The notes beneath the pieces were generated by a model that did not search any database, was not told where the DNA came from, and was given only the letters and a program-made list of their open reading frames with translations. A DNA stretch of 64,000 nt from an uncultured Bacilli bacterium (GTDB lineage: Bacteria; Bacillota_I; Bacilli_A; RF39; UBA660): positions 10,641 through 74,640 of the forward strand of contig CAKOSE010000003.1 in the NCBI GenBank assembly GCA_934102055.1, read 5' to 3'. Both the position numbers and the translations under genes were made by a program. Shown here piece after piece: positions 8,782-16,516 of the stretch. How positions within the stretch are numbered: position 1 is the stretch's first letter; each line of letters starts with the position of its first letter.

Positions 8782-11094
8782 ATGATGGGAAGAGTTCTAA
8801 GTGATACTGAGCTTAATGCTTTAAATTGTTATTGGATGGCTACAAATTATTTATCCTTATGTCAGCTTTATTTATGGGATAATGTACTGCTTAAAAGACC
8901 TTTAACTATTTCTGATATAAAACCTAAAGTTATTGGTCATTGGGGTACTGCTCCAGGACAAAACTTTATTTATGCCCACTTAAACAGAATAGTAAAAAAA
9001 TATGATTATGATGTCATGTATATATCTGGTCCTGGTCACGGAGGAGAGGCCATGATCGCTAATTCTTATTTAGAAGAAGTTTATTCTAAATTTTATCCAG
9101 AAATTACTTTAGATGAATCTGGTCTTACAAAACTATGTAAAAGATTTAGCTTTCCAGGAGGAGTATCTTCTCATGTTGCCCCAGATGTTCCTGGTTCTAT
9201 AAACGAGGGTGGGGAACTTGGATATAGTTTATCTCATGCGTATGGTGCAGTTTTAGACAACAAAGATTTATACGCAGTATGTGTTATAGGAGATGGCGAA
9301 GCAGAAACAGGACCCCTTGCAGCATCTTGGAATATTAACAAAATAATCAATCCAAAAAATGATGGTATGGTTTTACCAATTCTTCATTTAAACGGTTATA
9401 AAATTGCCAATCCTACCATCATGGGAAGAATGACAGATAAAGAACTAACCAATTTATTTACAGGATATGGCTATAAACCTTATATAGTCTCAGGCAGTGA
9501 TCCACGTTACATGCACGAAGAAATGGCAAATGTTCTTGAAAAAGTATTTAACGATTTTTCTTTTATAAAACGTGGCTCTTCCATTAAATATCCTATGATT
9601 ATACTAAGAAGTCCTAAAGGCTGGGGATGTCCTAAAGAATTTAATGGAAAACCCATCGAAGGAACCTTTCGTTCCCACCAAATACCTATTACAGTTACTG
9701 ACGATGAATCCCTAAAGATCCTTGAAAAATGGCTTTTATCTTACAAACCAAGTATGCTCTTTAATCCAGATGGTTCGCTTAAATCATTTATAAAAGATAC
9801 ATTACCTAGATTCAACAAGAGAATTAGTTTTAATAAAAGTGCAAACGGAGGCCTTTTAAGAGAAAAACTAAATTGTCCTGATTTCAAAGAATATGCCATT
9901 TCTGTAAAACCTTTTGAAACCAAATGTAGTGATATGATGGTTCTAGGTTCCTATGTTAGAGACCTAATTAGACTTAACTCTGATAAATTCAAAGTATTTG
10001 GTCCAGATGAAGCCTTGTCAAACAGACTTAACCACGTCTTTGAAGTCACAGATAGAAAATGGAACAGTAAAACTTATCCCTATGATGAATTCCTATCCGT
10101 TAATGGTTCTGTTATAGATTCAATTTTATCAGAACATGTTTGCGAAGGATTACTTGAAGGATATCTCCTAACAGGAAGACATGGTTTCATGCATTCTTAT
10201 GAAGCCTTTATTAGAATTATAGATTCCATGACAAGTCAACATGCAAAATGGCTTAAAGTAACAAAAGACTTATCTTGGAGAGAACCTATATCTTCCTTAA
10301 ATTACGTTTTATCCTCTCATATATGGCAACAAGATCATAATGGATTTACCCATCAAGATCCAGGATTCCTAAACCATGTTGCAACAAAAAAAGCATCCAT
10401 CAGCAGAATTTATCTACCAATAGATGCCAATACATTACTATCAGTATTTGATCACGTTGTTAAGACAAAAGATTATATCAATGTAGTGGTAGCATCTAAA
10501 CATATTAGCAACCAATGGCTTTCTATGAAAGATGCCATTAAACATTGTAAAGAAGGACTTGGCGAACTAAACTTTATAAGTGATAAATGTGATGATCCAG
10601 ATCTAGTTCTTGTATCATGTGGGGATACCCCAAATATTGAAATTATCGCCGCAAAAAGAATCATTGATAAGTTTTTAGACATAAAAACAAGAGTTATCAA
10701 TGTTGTTGACTTAATGAGACTTCAATCATCAACTGATCATCCCCATGGAATAAGTGATTCAGCATATGACAAATTATTTACTAAAGATAAACCTATCATA
10801 TTTGCTTTTCACGGTTATCCTAACTTAATCCATTTACTTACTTATAAAAGAACTAACAGAAATATTCACGTTCACGGCTATAAAGAAGAGGGGACTATAA
10901 CCACTCCATTTGATATGCGTGTCCAAAATGAAATAGATAGATATCATCTCGTACTTAGTGCCATTAAATATCTTAATATCCCGTCATCAGAAAAGAAAAA
11001 CATCACAAATTATTGTAATGATAAACTAAAAGAACATCACGATTACATAAGAGAGCATGGTGTTGATATGCCAAGCGTTAATGAACTTACATAA
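8782..11094 (+). CDS. xfp: xylulose-5-phosphate/fructose-6-phosphate phosphoketolase
   Basis: GHWGTAPGQNF, EGGELGYSLSHA, GDGEAETGPLA (TPP binding), HQDPGF; 770 aa. The second ATG at 8785 has the better SD spacing. Confidence 0.9.
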   Translation: MMGRVLSDTELNALNCYWMATNYLSLCQLYLWDNVLLKRPLTISDIKPKVIGHWGTAPGQNFIYAHLNRIVKKYDYDVMYISGPGHGGEAMIANSYLEEVYSKFYPEITLDESGLTKLCKRFSFPGGVSSHVAPDVPGSINEGGELGYSLSHAYGAVLDNKDLYAVCVIGDGEAETGPLAASWNINKIINPKNDGMVLPILHLNGYKIANPTIMGRMTDKELTNLFTGYGYKPYIVSGSDPRYMHEEMANVLEKVFNDFSFIKRGSSIKYPMIILRSPKGWGCPKEFNGKPIEGTFRSHQIPITVTDDESLKILEKWLLSYKPSMLFNPDGSLKSFIKDTLPRFNKRISFNKSANGGLLREKLNCPDFKEYAISVKPFETKCSDMMVLGSYVRDLIRLNSDKFKVFGPDEALSNRLNHVFEVTDRKWNSKTYPYDEFLSVNGSVIDSILSEHVCEGLLEGYLLTGRHGFMHSYEAFIRIIDSMTSQHAKWLKVTKDLSWREPISSLNYVLSSHIWQQDHNGFTHQDPGFLNHVATKKASISRIYLPIDANTLLSVFDHVVKTKDYINVVVASKHISNQWLSMKDAIKHCKEGLGELNFISDKCDDPDLVLVSCGDTPNIEIIAAKRIIDKFLDIKTRVINVVDLMRLQSSTDHPHGISDSAYDKLFTKDKPIIFAFHGYPNLIHLLTYKRTNRNIHVHGYKEEGTITTPFDMRVQNEIDRYHLVLSAIKYLNIPSSEKKNITNYCNDKLKEHHDYIREHGVDMPSVNELT

Positions 11095-11104
11095 AAATAT
11101 AAAA

Positions 11105-11130
11105 AACTAAAGGGCTTCATCTCTTTAGTT
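11105..11130. terminator. bidirectional hairpin between convergent xfp and the LytTR gene
   Basis: AACTAAAG (11105-11112) pairs perfectly with CTTTAGTT (11123-11130). A-run upstream and T-run downstream. Overlaps the stop of the minus-strand gene. Confidence 0.5.
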
Positions 11131-11835
11131 TATCATTTTTTCCTTATATAATCGCATCTTTAAAATTGGTCTTTTATCTCTTGCTATCATATCAGTTTCC
11201 AAATTCTCAAAATAAACAATACTATTAGTGGTATCATATTTCTTAATTGTTGCAAGATTTATTATACAACTTCTATGAGTTTTCATAAAAAGTGATAAAT
11301 CAAGTTTTTCTTCTAATCCATTTATAGTTTCTTTAATCGTAAATGTATCATTTTTTGTATGAATTATACAATAATTTTGATTATTTCCCTTTTCTATATA
11401 ATAAATACTACTATATGGTATTTTAAAAAGTTCTCCATTTAGATGAAAATTTAATGTTTGATCATAATTTAATATATTATATGCCTTATATAGTGCCTCT
11501 TTTAAAGTATTATTTATTTGACTAGTTTCCTCAATATAATTTAGTATCAACAAATCATTATTAAGTAGATTCATCTTTATATTTTCAGTATCACTAACTA
11601 TTATTATTTGACTAGTCCAGTCATTATTTTCTCTTATCTTTTGTGCTACTTCTAAAGCCTTTTCTATAGAAGATTCTCCTAGTATATAAATATTCCTATT
11701 ATAATTCTCTTGTCTATAATTATCATAATCATATATCTTAAACTTTTCTTCTCTACTTCCTAAAAAATTTAATATTGCTATTTCATACTTTTCTCTTAAC
11801 TCGTATCTTTCTTCTTTTATTATAAAATTAACCAT
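11125..11835 (-). CDS. LytTR-family DNA-binding protein with a degenerate receiver-like N-terminal domain
   Basis: C-terminal LytTR motif (IYYIEKGNNQNY..HRSCIINLATIKKYD). SD GGGGGA precedes the ATG at 11835; the track start at 11925 has none. No acidic pocket or phospho-acceptor Asp is recognisable in the N-domain. Confidence 0.65.
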   Translation of the reverse strand: MVNFIIKEERYELREKYEIAILNFLGSREEKFKIYDYDNYRQENYNRNIYILGESSIEKALEVAQKIRENNDWTSQIIIVSDTENIKMNLLNNDLLILNYIEETSQINNTLKEALYKAYNILNYDQTLNFHLNGELFKIPYSSIYYIEKGNNQNYCIIHTKNDTFTIKETINGLEEKLDLSLFMKTHRSCIINLATIKKYDTTNSIVYFENLETDMIARDKRPILKMRLYKEKMIN

Positions 11836-12016
11836 AATATCCCCCTTAAGTGCAATTTTGGGCACTTGTTTATAAGTATAACTCACTTTTAAACTTTTGT
11901 ATGCTAAAATGTTAAAGTTGCACATAAATTGCGTTTAAATGTTTTGTACCATAGTATTTACTTTTGATTTTTTTCCTATTTTTTGTTAAAATAATTTATA
12001 GTGGGGAGGAGATATT

Positions 12017-12691
12017 ATGCCAACACATAAAATGCATATGGCTATTGCTAACAGAGTTAATGAATATTTAAAACTAGATGATGATATGGTAATGATAGGT
12101 AGTGTTCTTCCGGACTTAACTATGGATAAAAGACATAGAGAAAGTCATTTCAAAAACGGAAAAGAAGGTGTCGAAGGTACTGCTAATCCTTATAAATTTT
12201 TACTAGAATGTAAAAAAGATTTAAGAAACCCTGTTATGGTTGGTTATTTAATCCATTTACTTACTGACAGATATTTTAACAGTTACGTTTTTCAAAACTA
12301 TTATATTTATGACGAGAACACTCACTTAATTGGAATTAGATTTCATGACGAAAAAGTTCTCATGCCAATTGAAAAAATAAGATATGAAAAACATAGAGAT
12401 TTTTTTGTCTATGATAAATACCTAGTAGAACATAGCTTAGTCAAGAAGTTTAAAAATATCTCTTGCGTTTCTAATATAAAAAACTATTCATTTGCAAAAT
12501 ATGATAAAGATCTAATAAAAAAATACATAGAAAATGCCAATCTTGACATTGACAAGGCTCTTAAAGGTGAATTCTATAAACAACTTACAAATGATTATAA
12601 AGTTATGTCCTTAGAAGAACTTAATAAACAAATGACATTATGTGTTAACCAAATAGTTAAGTTTATGATAGGCTTAAGAAATGATTGGTAG
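12017..12691 (+). CDS. zinc-dependent phospholipase C-like family protein (function unknown)
   Basis: N-terminal MPTHKMH..A, GSVLPDL and YLIHLLTDRYFN resemble the His/Asp metal motifs of the Zn_dep_PLPC superfamily, recalled from memory. Strong SD GGGGAGGAG. Confidence 0.4.
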   Translation: MPTHKMHMAIANRVNEYLKLDDDMVMIGSVLPDLTMDKRHRESHFKNGKEGVEGTANPYKFLLECKKDLRNPVMVGYLIHLLTDRYFNSYVFQNYYIYDENTHLIGIRFHDEKVLMPIEKIRYEKHRDFFVYDKYLVEHSLVKKFKNISCVSNIKNYSFAKYDKDLIKKYIENANLDIDKALKGEFYKQLTNDYKVMSLEELNKQMTLCVNQIVKFMIGLRNDW

Positions 12692-12768
12692 GGTTTTGTA
12701 TTTTTTAGGAAAGTGTGGTATAATTGATACGTTGCTTACTATGTTGTAAAATTTAGAAAGGAGATAAT

Positions 12769-14415
12769 ATGAGTAAAATTAAAATTTTTGCCCTTGGAGG
12801 GCTTAATGAAAATGGAAAGAACATGTATGTTGTTAATGTAGATGAGAACATATTTGTTTTTGATGCTGGGCTTAAATATCCTAGTGCTAATATGCTTGGA
12901 GTTGATTATATAATTCCTAAGTATGATTATTTAATTAAGAATAAAAAGAAAATAAGGGGTATTTTTCTAACACATGCCCATGATGGCAATATGGGAGCCA
13001 TGCCTGATATTATGAAAGAAATGCCAGAAGTACCTGTTTATGCAACAAAATTTACTATGACTGTTTTAAGAATGGAACTTGAAAAATATAATATAGAAGC
13101 AACTAATTTAAAAGAAATAAGACCCCATTCTAAACTAGATGTAGCAGGTTTTTCTATATTTCCAATAACTGTAACACATTCTATTCCGGAAACTGTAGCA
13201 TTCGTTCTCTATACAAATGATGGTGCTATTGTATATGCAACTGATTTCGTGTTTGACTCTGCTATGCTCGGAGCATACAAAACTGATATTGGTAAACTAG
13301 CATACGTTGGTAAACAAGGTGTTTTATGCCTTATGGCTGAATCAAGCTATGCCTATAGAGAAGGACATACCAGTCCAAAACATAGAATATCCAAAGAAGT
13401 TTGGGACTTACTAAATCAAACAGATGAAAGAGTTATAATAAGTATTTTTCCAGAACACGTATATCGCATTCAAGAAATATTTGATCAAGTAGCAAAAACA
13501 AAAAGAAAAATAGTCCTTATGGGAAGAAAACTTCAAAGACTTGTAAACTATGCAAAAGAATTTAAATATCTACATTACGAAGATGAAATGATCGGAGATT
13601 TATCTAATATTAACGATAAAGATTCTGTTATTCTAATCGCGGACGATAAAGAAAAATCATTCGCATCACTAGAAAAAATCATAAGTAGGTACGATAAATA
13701 CATTACTTTAAAAGAAGGAGATACAGTTCTAATTGCAGAACCTATTTATCCTGGTAATGAAAAGAAAGTTGCAAAAATAATGGATGATTTATCTAGAATT
13801 GATGTTGAAGTAGTAACTTTACCTTTTAAAACACATGCACTTCATCACCCATCAAGCGAAGACTTAATGCAAATGATTAACTTAATGAATCCAAAATACT
13901 ACTTTCCAATAAAAGGAGAGTATAGATACCAATACATGAACGCATCAGTCGCAGAACAAGCTGGTATGGACTCTGATAGAATTCTTCTTAAACAAAATGG
14001 TGACGTTATCAATTTCGTTAACGGTAAACTAATTCAAAAACCAGAACATATTGAAGCAGATGATATCCTTATCGATGGAAATAGTTCAGACGATATAGGA
14101 GATCTTGTCCTAAAAGATAGAGAACTTCTATCAAAAAATGGTATCGTTATAGTAAGTGCAACACTAGATAAAAAAACAAAAAAAATAATCGCAGATCCAC
14201 AAATACTAACAAGAGGATTCATCTATGTAAAAGATAATCTTGATATAGTTGAAAAAACCGAAGCCATTTCTAAAGAAGTAATCGAAGAATGTATTAAAGG
14301 GAAAAAAGTAGATTTCACAGGTATAAAAGTAAAAATAAGAGAAAGACTAAGTGCTTATTTTAATGAAGAAACAGGGTCTGTCCCTATGATTATTACAGTT
14401 ATACTTGAAATATAA
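12769..14415 (+). CDS. RNase J family protein with degenerate metal-binding motifs (J2-like paralog)
   Basis: Collinear with RNase J1 (metallo-beta-lactamase, beta-CASP, C-terminal domain): FALGGLNENGKN, VTHSIPET, ATDFVFD. However, motif HxHxDH reads HAHDGN (12973-12990) and PIHGE reads PIKGE (Lys codon 13911-13913). Confidence 0.8.
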   Translation: MSKIKIFALGGLNENGKNMYVVNVDENIFVFDAGLKYPSANMLGVDYIIPKYDYLIKNKKKIRGIFLTHAHDGNMGAMPDIMKEMPEVPVYATKFTMTVLRMELEKYNIEATNLKEIRPHSKLDVAGFSIFPITVTHSIPETVAFVLYTNDGAIVYATDFVFDSAMLGAYKTDIGKLAYVGKQGVLCLMAESSYAYREGHTSPKHRISKEVWDLLNQTDERVIISIFPEHVYRIQEIFDQVAKTKRKIVLMGRKLQRLVNYAKEFKYLHYEDEMIGDLSNINDKDSVILIADDKEKSFASLEKIISRYDKYITLKEGDTVLIAEPIYPGNEKKVAKIMDDLSRIDVEVVTLPFKTHALHHPSSEDLMQMINLMNPKYYFPIKGEYRYQYMNASVAEQAGMDSDRILLKQNGDVINFVNGKLIQKPEHIEADDILIDGNSSDDIGDLVLKDRELLSKNGIVIVSATLDKKTKKIIADPQILTRGFIYVKDNLDIVEKTEAISKEVIEECIKGKKVDFTGIKVKIRERLSAYFNEETGSVPMIITVILEI

Positions 14416-14421
14416 CCACAC

Positions 14422-14447
14422 AAAAAGAGCTTTTTATAGCTCTTTTT
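14422..14447. terminator. bidirectional terminator between convergent RNase J and LCP genes
   Basis: AAAAAGAGC (14422-14430) pairs perfectly with GCTCTTTTT (14439-14447). Confidence 0.7.
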
Positions 14448-16437
14448 ATTGTTCAGGATTATCATCATTAAGGTCATCTTTATCAGGTGTAGGTTCCTTT
14501 TCTTCCTCTTGTTTTTTATCCTCATCAATTATTACTTGTTCTTTTTTTCCTTCTTTTTTAGTATTATTATCTTCTTTAGGCACCACTACTTGTGTTTTAA
14601 CCTTTGCAACAGTAAGAGTAACACTTCCACTTATTAAATCTGTTCTTTTTCCCTCTGGATAACCTTGTGATATAATTTGACCATCATAGTAACCACTTGA
14701 AACTACCTTTGTAGTAACACTTGCACTTAATCCATTATTAGCAAGCCATCCTCTTGCATAGCTTTCACTTTTACCAACAAAATTTGGTAGTAGGGTATAA
14801 GTTTTAGCGCCTGTTACAACATCATTTCCTATTGTAGTTTGTTTATATTCTTTTTCTATACTAAAATTCATTTTCTTAATTAACTTTACTTGTTCTAATC
14901 CTAAGTTTTGTTTCATTACTGAAACTATTTGTTTTAAACTCTCTTCATTAGGAATATAATCATATAATACTAATCCCATTCCTTCATCATATATCATTTG
15001 ACCAGCACCTTGTAAGTATAATTGTTGCATATTTATTAAATTTCCTTCAGTACTAGTTTTAAACAAATTCTTTGCAATGTCATAAAATGATAATATTTGT
15101 TTAGTAGTAAAGTTTGTATCCATATTCTTACTTATTGTATCTAATATCGTTAACATCTGATTAGCACTTTTTACACTCTTTAATTTATTCAATATTCCTT
15201 GAACCACTAATTGTTGATTTACTCCACGTTGTAAATCCCCAGTCGTTAATGTTTTTCTATGTCTTGCAAGTGCTAAAGCCTGTTCTCCATTTAATGTTTG
15301 TTCTCCTTTTTTAAGACATATTAAATTATTTTGTTTAGTTGATCTTTTAGAGTTAGATTCGCAAAAGTCCAAAGGAACATCCACAGTTATTCCATTTAAT
15401 GCTTCAACCAGTTTTACTACACCTTGAAAGTTTATCTTTACATAATAATCTATATTTATTCCCGTAAAGTTTTCAATTGTTTTAATCATACAACTTTCAC
15501 CATTCCATGCAGCATGTGTTATCTTATTTTCCTTTTGATTAGCAAAACATGAAATAGGTACATATGTATCTCTTGGAATACTAAGGATAGTAGCATTTAA
15601 AGTCTTTGGATTAAATGTTACCATCATTAAAGCATCACCATTTCCTGTTGCATTCTTAGATAAAGTATCAGCAGTAGAATCTATACCCATGACTAACATA
15701 GTAAAAGGTTTATCTATCTTATCAGTGGTATTAAGATTTAACATATCATCCCCAGTATATTTAGCAATCTCTTCCTTAGATAATGTCTTTTCCTTCTCAT
15801 AAATTATCTTAGTATCAGTTTCTATATTCTTATATGTTGATTTAAACATACTAGGATAATTCTTTCCTATTATCATTGCATCTATTTTTTTATTATATAA
15901 ATCCTTTACTAAAGTTGATAGATCCTCGTATTCTACAACAGTATTAGTTTCTTTTAAATTTTGTTCCTTTATTATTTCAAGTCCTATTATATAACCATCT
16001 ATAGAAGTTTCATCTGTAACTATACCTATTTTTTTATCTTTTAAATCCTTTTCAGAAGTTAATTTTGATTCCTTTTTAGTAGCAATAACAGAAGTATAAG
16101 TTATTTTATTTTTATTCATACTATCTAAAGAGTTATATGTCTTTGTAATAAGAAATCCTGCTAGAACTTGTGAAAATATTAGTATTATATTTATTATTAT
16201 ACCTATAGTTTTTTGTGATTTCTTTCCGCCCCTCCATAACTTTCTTGATACTAGAATAAGTAAAAGATTTATTAATATTAATATAAATATTCCAAAGTAT
16301 CTAATTGTATTTTCTATTCCACTTATTCTATATATTGAAAAACATAAGAATAGGGAAGAGAGCATAGTTATTATGCTTACTATGTTTATTACTATTTTTT
16401 TTGGACTTATTTTTCTTGTTTGATTCGCCTCATTCAC
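14446..16437 (-). CDS. LytR-CpsA-Psr (LCP) family phosphotransferase with N-terminal multi-TM region and C-terminal PASTA domain
   Basis: LCP core (FTMLVMGIDS..GDALMMVTFNP..LSIPRDTYVPI..INIDYYVKINFQGVVKLVEALNGITVDVP). The C-terminal segment LPNFVGKSESYARGWLANNGL..DGQIISQGYPEGKRTDLISGSVTLTVAK (about 14602-14802) fits a PASTA domain. GTG start with SD AAGGAGG. Confidence 0.8.
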   Translation of the reverse strand: MNEANQTRKISPKKIVINIVSIITMLSSLFLCFSIYRISGIENTIRYFGIFILILINLLLILVSRKLWRGGKKSQKTIGIIINIILIFSQVLAGFLITKTYNSLDSMNKNKITYTSVIATKKESKLTSEKDLKDKKIGIVTDETSIDGYIIGLEIIKEQNLKETNTVVEYEDLSTLVKDLYNKKIDAMIIGKNYPSMFKSTYKNIETDTKIIYEKEKTLSKEEIAKYTGDDMLNLNTTDKIDKPFTMLVMGIDSTADTLSKNATGNGDALMMVTFNPKTLNATILSIPRDTYVPISCFANQKENKITHAAWNGESCMIKTIENFTGINIDYYVKINFQGVVKLVEALNGITVDVPLDFCESNSKRSTKQNNLICLKKGEQTLNGEQALALARHRKTLTTGDLQRGVNQQLVVQGILNKLKSVKSANQMLTILDTISKNMDTNFTTKQILSFYDIAKNLFKTSTEGNLINMQQLYLQGAGQMIYDEGMGLVLYDYIPNEESLKQIVSVMKQNLGLEQVKLIKKMNFSIEKEYKQTTIGNDVVTGAKTYTLLPNFVGKSESYARGWLANNGLSASVTTKVVSSGYYDGQIISQGYPEGKRTDLISGSVTLTVAKVKTQVVVPKEDNNTKKEGKKEQVIIDEDKKQEEEKEPTPDKDDLNDDNPEQ

Positions 16438-16516
16438 ATTTATAGCCTCCTTATGATAGTAATATTATATAATATATATTATAAGATATCAAGAAAAAAG
16501 ATGGTGTTTTCCATCT

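Noticed and set aside
14405-14662. Plus-strand ORFs (14405-14662 and 14449-14637) at the 3' end of the LCP gene.
   Set aside because: They are antisense to the Lys/Glu-rich tail and PASTA region of a strong minus-strand CDS. Their translations are low-complexity Ser/Phe/Leu, and they overlap the bidirectional terminator.
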